Source of the DNA: a virus
IMG/VR virus record: IMGVR_UViG_3300025655_000022
Coordinates: 23,178 to 87,177 of that record
Length of the DNA: 64,000 nucleotides
Direction: 5' to 3' (one strand)
The notes under the pieces are model-generated. The model made no database searches. It was not told the DNA's origin and saw only the letters and a program-made list of their open reading frames with translations. Below, piece after piece: positions 1 to 9,974 of the stretch. Positions within the stretch are counted from its first letter, which is position 1. Each line of letters begins with the position of its first letter. The position numbers and the translations under genes were made by a program.

Positions 1-831
1 ATACTCTGCACGGGCACCCATTGCATCTAAACTTGCACCTACACTAACATTTGGAAAATGCTCCCACATATCAAATGCATGTTTGTCTCGTAGTTTTACT
101 TGTGTAAAGTTTGTGTTATAAATCAGTCGAACATCAGTACGTCCACGTTTAATAAGTTCTTCAAGTATAGCATAGTGTTCTTCCATCACAAGAGGCTCAC
201 CACCAGCAAAATAAATCTGTTCTACATAATCAATATGTTCCAACACTTGCTCTAACAAGTCTGTTTCAAACTTGCCAGCATAGGTTAACTGTGGGTTATT
301 CTCTTTATACTCTGGACCTGCTAGTGCAATTTGATCCTTGTACCATTGTGAACTAAAAATGTGGCCACAACTCCTACACTTGAGATTACACAAGTTACTG
401 AAACGAACATCCCAATAGGTCATCTTAAAATTGGCGTAGGCACCATCAGCGTCAGTTTCCGCTACACGCTTTATGTGCTGACCATGATGTTTGTTTGCTG
501 ACTTGCGACCACTAAAAAAGCCTGCCTCGTCTTGTTCATAACAACGAGTGCAGTATGAATTCTTTTGATTATTTAACATGTCCAAACGCAGTTTCTTTAT
601 GCGTTCGCTATTTGCTAGTTTGTTTAACGAGTCTTGTTTGGTAGTGCCCACACAACCTGCACTCATCTCTGCGTGACAACAAGGCCAAGTTTCGCCTGTA
701 GGATATGTGTGCATGTGTATCCACGGATAGATACAAAACGTTTCGCTGTCTCGCAGTAATTCTGTTTCTCGCTCTGTTAATTCATCTACCGAGATCTTAA
801 CAGGTTCCCAACTGTTATAATCATAACTCAT
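1..831 (-). CDS. Radical SAM protein with N-terminal SPASM/twitch-like Cys cluster (partial, runs off the left edge)
   Basis: Not in the ORF track. Translated by hand from ATG at 831: MSYDYNSWEP...FCIYPW...WPCC...WDVRFSNLCNLKCRSC (CxxxCxxC)...IYFAGGEP. The start overlaps the stop of the upstream gene. Confidence 0.88.
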   Translation of the reverse strand, partial: MSYDYNSWEPVKISVDELTERETELLRDSETFCIYPWIHMHTYPTGETWPCCHAEMSAGCVGTTKQDSLNKLANSERIKKLRLDMLNNQKNSYCTRCYEQDEAGFFSGRKSANKHHGQHIKRVAETDADGAYANFKMTYWDVRFSNLCNLKCRSCGHIFSSQWYKDQIALAGPEYKENNPQLTYAGKFETDLLEQVLEHIDYVEQIYFAGGEPLVMEEHYAILEELIKRGRTDVRLIYNTNFTQVKLRDKHAFDMWEHFPNVSVGASLDAMGARAEY

Positions 832-1579
832 ATAAAATACCTTGATTTAGCAACACTTGGACTAGATATTCTGTTGTCCATTTGTAGTGTCCTTCAGCAG
901 TAGGGTGGCCAGCCAGGTAACCAGCTGCCGATTTAGGATAGCAAAGGTTATGCATGTGTGCAACTTCATCAAGTGTTTGCATTCTGTTTATTAGAATCCA
1001 TTTTGAGTAATCTAATTTTAAATTTAACCTTTTTAGATGCTTGTTAAACTTAAATTTATTAGTAATAATGTCTGTGTCAAGTATTTGTGACAGTGTTGTA
1101 AATCGATAGGTATATTGGTTTAGTTCTAAATAGTTATAGAGATTTTGCATATTAATCCAATTTAACAGCACTTGCGTATTTTCACCTACTAAAGACCGGT
1201 AGGTATTACAAAAGTCTGTATCTGGACCAAAGTTGTCTCCGCCTAGTAAGAAATACTCGCTGTGTTCGTTGTACCTATATTCTGGATGCTGTTTTTCTAT
1301 GGTGTACTTGTCTGACTCAACAATAAGACTGGCGCGATCTAATCCGCTCCACATAACTAATACTAACGTATCTAACGGAGACATATTGTTAGCAGACAGA
1401 TAATGCATTACGCTTCTAGATATATGCTCATTGGACTCGCTAGGCACTGCTAAGTTATGAATTTGCATGCCTGCGATATCAGCAAGCATATTTCCCCAAG
1501 ATATACTTTCGTGATAATCGTTGGCCGTATAGCTACATCCGCTAACAACTAAGTGTTTGTACTTAGTCTTATAGTTCAT
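821..1579 (-). CDS. SGNH/GDSL-fold hydrolase or acyltransferase-like protein
   Basis: LVVSGCSYT (GDS-like block I), NLAVPSESN, and C-terminal GHPTAEGH. Likely start is ATG 1579 (MNYKTK), overlapping the upstream stop, rather than 1717. Confidence 0.65.
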   Translation of the reverse strand: MNYKTKYKHLVVSGCSYTANDYHESISWGNMLADIAGMQIHNLAVPSESNEHISRSVMHYLSANNMSPLDTLVLVMWSGLDRASLIVESDKYTIEKQHPEYRYNEHSEYFLLGGDNFGPDTDFCNTYRSLVGENTQVLLNWINMQNLYNYLELNQYTYRFTTLSQILDTDIITNKFKFNKHLKRLNLKLDYSKWILINRMQTLDEVAHMHNLCYPKSAAGYLAGHPTAEGHYKWTTEYLVQVLLNQGILYEL

Positions 1580-2924
1580 TATACCATTCTCCAATGACAG
1601 GGAATGTTTCTGCCAGGTTTTTGCCGCGACGTTGATCATATTGTGCATAAAACTTTTTAAAGTCATTGTGCAGCGATGGCATATCAAACGTATCTGAGTG
1701 CGGAGTCTTAACAACATCTAAATAATCAATTAGTCGTTGCACATGATTAATCTCATGTTCATGCAGTAGTAGATTTTTATATGCATGTTCTTCTAACCAA
1801 GTATCTAGTTTGTCTGCATAATCCATACGCAAATCATCTGGTAATACCAATGGCGATTGAAAACTTGGAAAACGTAATATGTTTAATGTAAACGAAGGAT
1901 AATCCTGACCAAAACGTTTCTTTAAATCTAGCATCCAATCTAAAAACTCTGTTAATGATTCTAAGCATAATGCATTAATAGTACACATAACATGGAAACC
2001 GTCCACTTTGCCTTCGGTTAGAACACGTTCAACATTGTGTTGCCATTGTTCCCAATTTAAACCATCGCGTATATATTCTGCGTGTGCTCCAATACTTTCG
2101 TTACTGGTATATAACTGGAAATTTTTGATGTTATGGCTTGCTTTAATTAGCTGATCAAGTTTAGCATCGTCGATTCCAAGATTACTGTTTAGAGCAAATT
2201 TCACCGGGCTTTCATTCTCAACAAACCAATCAATGAGTCGCATGGTGTGCGGGCTCATCATAGGTTCGCCTCCGGTTAAGCGTAGCTCTTGTAGAGTTTT
2301 GTGCAGATCTGATTCCCACCATTTAAAGAACGCTTCTACATACGGATTAGTTTCGTTTGGCTTATACAACTGTGCTGCATCGTGTGTGTGCGTAAAGTGT
2401 CCTCTACCATCGCTAACCAGTCCTTCATACGCACCGTGTTTCTTTAAATCTGTAACCCATTGCGTACTAAACGCAGGATTGCAATACGAACATGCAAACT
2501 GACAAGTTCTGTCAAACGCAATTTCTAATGTCTTTAAATCTACATCTTCATCTGGATTTAGCATATATGCTTCTACAAGATCCTGCTCAGAATAGATCAC
2601 ACTTTTATAAACACGGTCGCTAATAGCGTCGCGGCCCATGTCTTCGATCTTCCAACAATACTCACATCCGGGCGGACGTTCTCCTACTTGCATTTGCGCA
2701 CGATCTTGTTTCTTTTGTGGAGTATTGTGTAATGCTTTTGGATTAGCAACAACATCCCCAACACTTACTAAATGTGCCGGCGGGTGGTGGCAACTTGTAG
2801 TCATGCCGGATCCTAGCCAAATAGTAGCATTATACCACTTAGCTGCACAAAAGCTCGGACTAAAACCATCGATATATCCTTTAACTTCTAAGTCTGTATT
2901 TCTATCCTTCTTTCTTAAGCCCAT
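1569..2924 (-). CDS. Radical SAM protein (paralog A) with N-terminal twitch-like Cys motif
   Basis: CQFACSYC (CxxxCxxC), LRLTGGEP; N-terminal FCAAKW...SCHHP...CEYCW. Confidence 0.92.
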   Translation of the reverse strand: MGLRKKDRNTDLEVKGYIDGFSPSFCAAKWYNATIWLGSGMTTSCHHPPAHLVSVGDVVANPKALHNTPQKKQDRAQMQVGERPPGCEYCWKIEDMGRDAISDRVYKSVIYSEQDLVEAYMLNPDEDVDLKTLEIAFDRTCQFACSYCNPAFSTQWVTDLKKHGAYEGLVSDGRGHFTHTHDAAQLYKPNETNPYVEAFFKWWESDLHKTLQELRLTGGEPMMSPHTMRLIDWFVENESPVKFALNSNLGIDDAKLDQLIKASHNIKNFQLYTSNESIGAHAEYIRDGLNWEQWQHNVERVLTEGKVDGFHVMCTINALCLESLTEFLDWMLDLKKRFGQDYPSFTLNILRFPSFQSPLVLPDDLRMDYADKLDTWLEEHAYKNLLLHEHEINHVQRLIDYLDVVKTPHSDTFDMPSLHNDFKKFYAQYDQRRGKNLAETFPVIGEWYNEL

Positions 2925-3210
2925 ATGTTACTTAACCTACAATCGTTTTCAATAAATGTTTTATCTACATATTTCTCATCCACTGGCAGTGGATTTAACA
3001 CATCAGATAACTTCGCTCTTTAAAATTTAACAACTTATACCAGTCACTATTTTTAAATTATGAGTCAAACCAAGTCATGTTAATAACTAGATTTTGATTA
3101 TTTGGAAACGCTTCGTCAACCTGCTGGCAACCATTGTTCCAGATCTCTTTCTCTGGTTTTGAATATTGATCTACAGATGATGGTGTTTGGCCTAATGTTA
3201 TCGTACTCAT
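2925..3210 (-). pseudogene. Truncated pseudogene paralogous to the 4030-5085 glycosyltransferase-like gene
   Basis: From ATG 3210 it reads ...FPNNQNLVINMTWFDS*FKNSDW versus FPNERNLIVNITWLGPQFKNGIW in the intact paralog. TAA at 3058-3060 replaces Gln, and the rest is deleted. Confidence 0.75.
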
Positions 3211-3884
3211 TGGATATACTTTTTATAATAAGTCTGATTATAATGCTGGTATTTTTCAATAAACTTTACGGCTTGGGTATTTAAATCAACAAAAAAGTTT
3301 TTATTTACAACGTCAACTAAACGTTTGTCAGATAGGCCAATAACTGTTGCAAAATCTATAACAACATCAAACTCTGTAGGATCTGTAGCTGTTACCCATT
3401 CTTTTACATAGTTTAAATTATGCAAAGATATCATTTCATTGGCAATTATTTCTGAATCTCGAATATTGGTTAGGCTGTATTCAGGCCAGTCATTTCCACG
3501 CAAGTTATTATATGCTGTCTCTGTCCACGACTCAGGATTTGAGTCAGCTTTAAAAGTTTTCTGTGCAGACACTAACAAAAAATCATCAGGTTTACAGTTG
3601 ATCAATGTTACACACGATCCAGAATAAAATTTTTCTATATCATTTCGGTTTGTAAAATGTGTAGTCCCAACTGTAAACTTTTTACTTTTATCTGACATCA
3701 AAAACGAAAAGTTGTTTCCTGATTGCCATTTTCCAAAACCAATATCGTGGCAGTTTCCCTCGGGCGAAATGTAAACATTGTCTAAATCAAAACCTTGCAA
3801 TCCAGATAATAGTACTAATTCTAAAAAAGTTCCTGATGCACCAGTCGGGTGATTTATTACATATTGTTGACTGTTATCTTGCAT
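3207..3884 (-). CDS. Hypothetical protein, possibly P-loop/sulfotransferase-like
   Basis: N-terminal YVINHPTGASGTFL resembles a PAPS/P-loop motif; contains YNNLRGNDWP. Confidence 0.45.
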   Translation of the reverse strand: MQDNSQQYVINHPTGASGTFLELVLLSGLQGFDLDNVYISPEGNCHDIGFGKWQSGNNFSFLMSDKSKKFTVGTTHFTNRNDIEKFYSGSCVTLINCKPDDFLLVSAQKTFKADSNPESWTETAYNNLRGNDWPEYSLTNIRDSEIIANEMISLHNLNYVKEWVTATDPTEFDVVIDFATVIGLSDKRLVDVVNKNFFVDLNTQAVKFIEKYQHYNQTYYKKYIQ

Positions 3885-4046
3885 AATACCTACACTCCCA
3901 CCAGGTAATCATCTCTGGAAATGTTTCTGTAAAATTATATCCATGCCGCTTATTATATTCGTTAAAGAAAAACTCGTACTGAATTCATCGACCCATTGCT
4001 TAATTTCCAGGTCTGTTTCTCTACCCGGTTTACGTAGTTTGCTCAT
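3874..4046 (-). pseudogene. Deletion scar joining the N-terminus of a paralog-A-like radical SAM gene to the C-terminus of a paralog-B-like gene
   Basis: MSKLRKPGRETDLEIKQWVDEFSTSF matches MGLRKKDRNTDLEVKGYIDGFSPSF. In a shifted frame, FFNEYNKRHGYNFTETFPEMITWWECRYYAR* matches FFNEYDHRHNYDFLQVFPEMAAWWNECKYWANQ. Confidence 0.8.
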
Positions 4047-5085
4047 TGAATAACTCGTTTAATTTTTTATCTTGTTCTTGTGCAAATTCAAAGAATCTTT
4101 TTCTATTATAAACTAGATCAGGAAGCATGTCAACATACATACTGTTTAAATCTGCTGTAGTTAGATATTTAACGGCTTCTGTGATAGCTGGGATTATTTG
4201 TTCTTCGTTTACATCTTCTAACTCAACTGGGAAGTAATGCGTAAATGTTTTAAATCCGTTGTCTCTTAACCATTGATATATCTGCGGCTGACCGTTAATA
4301 AGGAACGGGCGCATGCCTATGATTGGTTTCCATGTCTTTTCAGTGACAAACATAGGATCCCACGGCCGCCATTCTGTTTCAGATATGATGTTCAAAAAGT
4401 GCTTGCGCCAGATATCTAACCTTCCAAGACTGCAAACATCAAACGGCACACCACCAAATGCATTATAGCCGCTTACAGACTCTGGAGCATAATCTTCTGG
4501 TGCATCATTATTAATTTTTAAAAATACATCTGTGTTAATGCCTTCGCTTGCGTCATAATCAGCATTGTTAAGTCCTAATGTAACAATACCATCATCAAGT
4601 AAATTGTTGTGCTTTAAGGATTCAACAATACGAATTCTATGTGGTTTGGGTTTTCTATTTAAACACATGTATTTGTATTCTATAGTTTCTAAACGCACAT
4701 CTTCGTCTGTGTAATTTGGAAAATCCTGATAGCTTGCAATAGCACCTGTGTTAAATGTATATGGCCCAGTATTAAACGAAGATCCAACATGAAACACACG
4801 GTTTACACCAAGACGTTGTTCAATCTCGTTACGCTGTTTTTCTGTTATTGTTAGAGGGTCAACAGGAGCCAACCAAAATAGATTATCGTACGTCTTATTA
4901 ATGCTACAAACCTGTTCCCATATTCCATTTTTAAACTGCGGACCTAGCCAGGTGATATTAACTATTAAGTTACGTTCGTTAGGAAAGTTAAACTCAACTT
5001 GACGTTTTACTGTATCAATAATATAATGCTCTTGTTTGCCCCACGGTTCATTAATGGCAAAATGTGTTCCAATAAATGTTATCAT
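4030..5085 (-). CDS. Glycosyltransferase-like protein (GT-B-type C-terminal domain)
   Basis: YMCLNRKPKPHR...NIISETE...FVTEKTWKPI...RPFLING...GFKTF. Likely start is MITFIG (ATGA overlap at 5082-5085). Confidence 0.55.
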   Translation of the reverse strand: MITFIGTHFAINEPWGKQEHYIIDTVKRQVEFNFPNERNLIVNITWLGPQFKNGIWEQVCSINKTYDNLFWLAPVDPLTITEKQRNEIEQRLGVNRVFHVGSSFNTGPYTFNTGAIASYQDFPNYTDEDVRLETIEYKYMCLNRKPKPHRIRIVESLKHNNLLDDGIVTLGLNNADYDASEGINTDVFLKINNDAPEDYAPESVSGYNAFGGVPFDVCSLGRLDIWRKHFLNIISETEWRPWDPMFVTEKTWKPIIGMRPFLINGQPQIYQWLRDNGFKTFTHYFPVELEDVNEEQIIPAITEAVKYLTTADLNSMYVDMLPDLVYNRKRFFEFAQEQDKKLNELFNEQTT

Positions 5086-6494
5086 TGATTGGCCCAGTAC
5101 TTGCATTCATTCCACCAGGCTGCCATTTCCGGAAATACCTGCAAAAAGTCATAATTGTGACGATGGTCATATTCATTAAAAAATCTATAGAAATCTCCCT
5201 TGTGCTTTTGTGAATTTTCAATAGGTGTTTTCATCCAAGCAATGTCTCTGTCCAGGCGTTTAATTTCGTAATCTTTAAATCCTTTAAAGCGTGTTCGTGG
5301 TGTTTCAACATGTTCCATCATCCACATCATTAGATCTTCTAGTTTGTCTGCGTACATATCCGGAAGCAATCGCATACTCTGCCATTTGGGAGTGTGCAAT
5401 ACAGGAGTATCAAACCAAACACGCTGATAGGTATTACTATAAAGTTGTCTTAATCCATATATTCCAGTAAACAAATGTTCTAAACTGGTTACTGATAGAT
5501 TATTCATTGTAATAATAAATGTTAAACTACTTCTATATGGTACTTCTGTTAAAAATTGATTTACACGATCCCATAATAAATTAAAGTTTAGTCCAGCACG
5601 CATATATTCTGCTTGTTTACCAAACCCATCAAGTGAAACATATTGCATAAAATGTTCAACATTCTCACCTTCATTACAAATACGTTTCACATAATCAATA
5701 TATTTGTCCCATAGTTTTTGTTCTACACTGAGATTAGATGTTACATTTAGGTGTAAGTCTGGTTTTGGATTCTCTAATACATAATCAAACACACGATATG
5801 TGTTTTTATCCATTAGTGGTTCACCGCCTGTCATGCGGAAATGTTTTAAATCAGGATACAACTCTGGCCACCATTGCCAAAATGCTTCTACGTATGGATT
5901 ATACTCTGAATGCGGAATAGGTCTACGTTCTCCTTGGAAGTGTACAGGATCGTTATGAGGAACGCTTGTTGGATACGCACCATGTTCTTTTGCCTGGCGC
6001 ATCCACGAACTGCTAAATTGGGGTGAGCAATAACTACACTCTAAATTACAAGCAGAGTTAAAGTTCACCTCAACATACGCAGGGTTAGTGTCTGCCATTG
6101 GGTCAGCTACAACTTCATCAAACTTTTCAATAGCCCACGGTTCTCCTGAACGGTAGTGTCTATCACTAAGTTTTCCGTTATCTTCCATTGCCCAACAATA
6201 GAAGCACTCCTCAGGACGTTCGCCTGCGATCATCTTTTCACGCTGTAGTTTTTTATAATCAGTGTTATGCAACTTACCGGGATTTCCGGCGAGTTCTTCT
6301 ACAGGTATTTTGCGTAGTGGTGGATGATAACATGAGTTATTCATGCCATTGGTTAAATGCAAACTTACCTGCTTCCATTTAGCCAAGCAGAAACTTGGAC
6401 TCACTGTATCTAATTTTTGTTGTGCTATTTCTGCATCACTTAAGAACTTTGACTTAAAGTCCTTGTCTACTTCGTCACCTTTATTTTGGTTCAT
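5082..6494 (-). CDS. Radical SAM protein (paralog B) with N-terminal twitch-like Cys motif
   Basis: CNLECSYC, FRMTGGEP; N-terminal FCLAKW...SCYHP...CFYCW. Confidence 0.92.
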   Translation of the reverse strand: MNQNKGDEVDKDFKSKFLSDAEIAQQKLDTVSPSFCLAKWKQVSLHLTNGMNNSCYHPPLRKIPVEELAGNPGKLHNTDYKKLQREKMIAGERPEECFYCWAMEDNGKLSDRHYRSGEPWAIEKFDEVVADPMADTNPAYVEVNFNSACNLECSYCSPQFSSSWMRQAKEHGAYPTSVPHNDPVHFQGERRPIPHSEYNPYVEAFWQWWPELYPDLKHFRMTGGEPLMDKNTYRVFDYVLENPKPDLHLNVTSNLSVEQKLWDKYIDYVKRICNEGENVEHFMQYVSLDGFGKQAEYMRAGLNFNLLWDRVNQFLTEVPYRSSLTFIITMNNLSVTSLEHLFTGIYGLRQLYSNTYQRVWFDTPVLHTPKWQSMRLLPDMYADKLEDLMMWMMEHVETPRTRFKGFKDYEIKRLDRDIAWMKTPIENSQKHKGDFYRFFNEYDHRHNYDFLQVFPEMAAWWNECKYWANQ

Positions 6495-7440
6495 TATATA
6501 AATCTAATAGTCTATTATAATTATGATCTAAGATATCTTGCATATTCTTTAGCATCCAACTAATCTCTTCGGTAGATTCTTTTGCTAGGGTATCAATTAC
6601 ACGAGTTATTTCATGTATAGAGTGGGTATGTGGATCTTCGTCATATCCCTCGTCCCAAAAATCATTAAATGTTTTAAATCCCAAATTGCGTAAATTCTTT
6701 AGATAGCCTGCCGGGCCTTGCACAATAAATGGAGTCTTTAATAATATTGGACGCCATATCTTTTCGGTCGGGAAAAATGTATTTCCGGTAAAATAGGTTT
6801 CACAAACAATCTCAATAGCAAATTGACTGTACTTGTTTAAAAAATCATCAGAGTCATTCTTAAATAATTGCTGTGCAGGATTAATATCAAGAGTCTTATC
6901 GATTTCAACAGATTGTGTATTAATCGGGCACTGGTTAATGTAGTTAGCAATATCTGTTATGTCAGTAATATTGTATTCGAGCATTAGTCTCTCTAGACCA
7001 ATGTTAGCAGCATAGAACTCGTTGTCTAAATCTAAATGATTTGTGTGTAATGAAATATTGCGATGATTATTATAAAGGTACGACGACAAGTAAAGCCTTG
7101 GTGCGTTTCCTCGGCCGACAAATAATCCAAAATGTTTTAGATCATTTGATTTTTTTATTGTGGATTCATATTCAAGTGCGTTATATACCAGGTGTATAGG
7201 AAAAGTCGATGACGGCTCTAGCATATTACAAGTTTGGAAAGTAATGTTACCGGTATAGTTAACAGTAGTTTTAATGGTATCGATATATTCATCTATGCCA
7301 AGTGTTGTAAAGTCTGGGCCTTCTGAGTTTAGGTCTATTAGCAGATCCTGATTGGTATATAATGCTTGGGCTATTTTTGAATGGACCTCCACGGTGTTCC
7401 ACACTACACTATCGCTAGTTTTAACCTTAACTGTTATCAT
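6481..7440 (-). CDS. Glycosyltransferase-like protein (same family as 4030-5085)
   Basis: IEIVCETY...FPTEKIWRPI...PFIVQG...LGFKTF...DEGYD. Confidence 0.55.
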   Translation of the reverse strand: MITVKVKTSDSVVWNTVEVHSKIAQALYTNQDLLIDLNSEGPDFTTLGIDEYIDTIKTTVNYTGNITFQTCNMLEPSSTFPIHLVYNALEYESTIKKSNDLKHFGLFVGRGNAPRLYLSSYLYNNHRNISLHTNHLDLDNEFYAANIGLERLMLEYNITDITDIANYINQCPINTQSVEIDKTLDINPAQQLFKNDSDDFLNKYSQFAIEIVCETYFTGNTFFPTEKIWRPILLKTPFIVQGPAGYLKNLRNLGFKTFNDFWDEGYDEDPHTHSIHEITRVIDTLAKESTEEISWMLKNMQDILDHNYNRLLDLYNEPK

Positions 7441-7969
7441 CTAATAGAAAGCCTGATACCTGTAAAGTAAACTTATCTTGAAAGCCAGCATTAGCACCAA
7501 GATGCCACACCTCTGAATCCCACATTAATGCATCGCCGGCTTTCCAATGTGTAAAAACTGTATCACCGTACTGTATAAAATGTCCCATTTTCCAGTCTTC
7601 TAGATGTACATTAGCACGAACTTTTAATCTGGTATCGTTAGGATATTTACTAGTAATCTGATAAAACATATCTCTGTGCAAAGGAATAACACATCCTGGA
7701 CGTTGTCTAATAGCACTAACAGAAATTACTTCCATACCTAATTGTTTACCTAAATCTTCATAATCAATTTGTGTGTTGTCATACCATAATTGATTAATTC
7801 TTGTATTATCGTAAGAATACGAATCTGGAAAACCGCCATATTCTTGGTGTATATCGGCGCACTCAGTGATTTGGTGTTTAATGCACGATCCTTCGTGTGT
7901 ATTAAAGTCGTCATTAACAAACCTACTATAATTAATATCTAAATGTTTTTTATTAAAATACATTATCAT
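7427..7969 (-). CDS. 2OG-Fe(II) oxygenase / cupin (Asp/Asn beta-hydroxylase-like)
   Basis: PGCVIPLHRD (HxD) and distal WHLGAN His; double-stranded beta-helix pattern. Confidence 0.7.
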   Translation of the reverse strand: MIMYFNKKHLDINYSRFVNDDFNTHEGSCIKHQITECADIHQEYGGFPDSYSYDNTRINQLWYDNTQIDYEDLGKQLGMEVISVSAIRQRPGCVIPLHRDMFYQITSKYPNDTRLKVRANVHLEDWKMGHFIQYGDTVFTHWKAGDALMWDSEVWHLGANAGFQDKFTLQVSGFLLDDNS

Positions 7970-8892
7970 CCCTCTTGTGTTCTAACAACATCTATCTCAC
8001 GTACAGTAGCACCCATATTGTGCCAATTACTGCGATAATGATGTTTAAAAAATTTACTTGATTTTGCGTCTAGTAGAATCATTGGCAAATCTAAACGTCC
8101 TGTTAAACGCTCGCCATAAAATTCAATCATTTCATGCGGATCGTTGTTTTGTGTTGTAGACCATAATTCTGCTAAATTATCGAACCATTGTACTTCTCGG
8201 TAATCCCAGTCTTCAAGCATAGTCATAGATGTGCCTTGACGTGCACCAGCAATCGCCCACGCTCCGTTTTCTACATCAAGTCCAACATTGTGCCAAATAG
8301 TTAAATGGTCCATGTTACGCTTATGCACTGCATCCTTAAACTCGATTTCAGTCGGTTTACGTCCACGGTCCAAACACATCTTAACACCTTCCCTAAAACC
8401 TGCTCGCCACGCTTGAAATGCACTGCCGTTTGGATATGTTGTACTATAACAATCATGCATAGACCAGTACAATGGATCAAAACAAAATTCTACGCAGGTA
8501 TCATTAGACCCGTCTGATGCTTCGTGTGTTTTCATGTTTCGAATGAATTCACGTGTCCAGCAACTTAATCCACCGTTGCCGTACATAAGCCCATTAATAT
8601 GATTAACTGCTCTCCAACGAAACACAGCCCGCTCATACTCTGGCGTTTTCATTTCTAGTTGTAGATTAAAGAATTCTGGATTTGGCAAATTATCGCCGTC
8701 AATAAGCACAAAACGTTCGGTTGTGCTTGCTTCTGCGGCTGCTTTGTGTGCAGCATCTGAACCTTTTACTCCGTCGACACGAACAGCCCAAGGTATCATG
8801 TTTTTAATTTTAACCCAGAATTCTTCTTTCTGTGGCTCATCATAACTTAGATACACAACATCCAAGTCGGCAATATCAATAATATCACTCAT
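7966..8892 (-). CDS. GT-A fold glycosyltransferase-like protein
   Basis: DVVYLSYDEP, AHKAAA, FVLIDGDN (DxD), YGNGG, AWRAGFREGVK. Confidence 0.65.
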   Translation of the reverse strand: MSDIIDIADLDVVYLSYDEPQKEEFWVKIKNMIPWAVRVDGVKGSDAAHKAAAEASTTERFVLIDGDNLPNPEFFNLQLEMKTPEYERAVFRWRAVNHINGLMYGNGGLSCWTREFIRNMKTHEASDGSNDTCVEFCFDPLYWSMHDCYSTTYPNGSAFQAWRAGFREGVKMCLDRGRKPTEIEFKDAVHKRNMDHLTIWHNVGLDVENGAWAIAGARQGTSMTMLEDWDYREVQWFDNLAELWSTTQNNDPHEMIEFYGERLTGRLDLPMILLDAKSSKFFKHHYRSNWHNMGATVREIDVVRTQEG

Positions 8893-9190
8893 AGCGTTTT
8901 AGTTTCCACGTTTGGTCAGGAGTAACGATTGCAACATCTATACCTTGTGCGACTGGTACAAGTTTCTGATAAACATATTGTCTGGGCTTAATTAATTTTC
9001 CATCAATAACTCGCACATCATAGCGTCCACTAGCATATGTTTCTTTGTCTACTATAATGTAATTACCCAATTCTTTGTCGATTGAATAAAAAACAGGTTC
9101 GCCTAGATCGTTATAATATAAACGATATTCTAACTCTGAATGTTCTGCAGGCTGTTCTGCGTGTTCAAGTGCTTGCCAAAAGTTTGTCAT
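8885..9190 (-). CDS. Hypothetical protein
   Basis: Packed between overlapping operon genes; likely start MTNFWQ. Confidence 0.6.
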   Translation of the reverse strand: MTNFWQALEHAEQPAEHSELEYRLYYNDLGEPVFYSIDKELGNYIIVDKETYASGRYDVRVIDGKLIKPRQYVYQKLVPVAQGIDVAIVTPDQTWKLKRYE

Positions 9191-9974
9191 ATACGGGTTC
9201 CAATTCTTGTGCAAAGTCTTTTTGATGGTAGTGTACTGGATAACGCTGACTTACAGTATTAATTCTAAACTCTCCATCAATTAATTCCCATACAAGTTGT
9301 TTACACCAATCATCAGCAGCGATGTTATTGATGTGTTTTTTCATGTGTACCAAACTTGGGTACGAAGTATCGGGTAGTGTAACACGTTCTACACCGATAA
9401 AACAGGCAGCCATTGCGTATACTAAATCAGTGTTAGCAATTTCGCCCGATCCGCCGCGCAAACTTTGCTTATATACATCCCAATTTTCAAAAATATGTCT
9501 TACTCTAAAGAAAAAATCTTTTGCTGTTTTACTAACACGCCAATATGTAATAGCATTATATACATCTGGCAAATTATTCAAATCAAATATTTTACGATAG
9601 TGTCTTGATGTTGCCGTATGTTGTAAAAAATTTTTACTACCTTGTGTTACTACTACATCGCGATGTTCCAACATAGTCCACCAATGATCAATTGGCGCAG
9701 TAACAATCATATCTGCTTCTAACTTAATAGTTTGTCTAAATGGACTAGCAGAAAACACTTGCCAATCATCAGCCCATCCACCTACTGTAGGATATGGAAA
9801 CTGTTTTACATAATCAAACACAGGATCTGAATATTCTGTATCTGTTAACAAGCATATCTTTGCTGTTGGGTGCCAGTAACGTAGGCTTTTTGCAAGAACA
9901 CGTGCGCACGCAATGTAATCTACATCAGATGTGTTAGTAGCAACAATTAAATATCCACGTTCTGCTTCAATCAT
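9165..9974 (-). CDS. GT8-like glycosyltransferase
   Basis: RGYLIVA...YIACARVLAKS...SPFRQTIKLEADM (DxD-like)...HMK. Likely start MIEAERG. Confidence 0.7.
   Translation of the reverse strand: MIEAERGYLIVATNTSDVDYIACARVLAKSLRYWHPTAKICLLTDTEYSDPVFDYVKQFPYPTVGGWADDWQVFSASPFRQTIKLEADMIVTAPIDHWWTMLEHRDVVVTQGSKNFLQHTATSRHYRKIFDLNNLPDVYNAITYWRVSKTAKDFFFRVRHIFENWDVYKQSLRGGSGEIANTDLVYAMAACFIGVERVTLPDTSYPSLVHMKKHINNIAADDWCKQLVWELIDGEFRINTVSQRYPVHYHQKDFAQELEPVYDKLLAST

Noticed and set aside
1580-1717. N-terminal extensions in the ORF track (also 41860-41913, 59271-59315)
   Set aside because: They overlap upstream genes or promoters; downstream starts fit SD or coupling signals better.
3058-3060. Stop-codon reassignment suggested by TAA aligning with Gln
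   Set aside because: All core genes translate fully in code 11 and TAA is the usual stop; this copy is also truncated, so it is a pseudogene.
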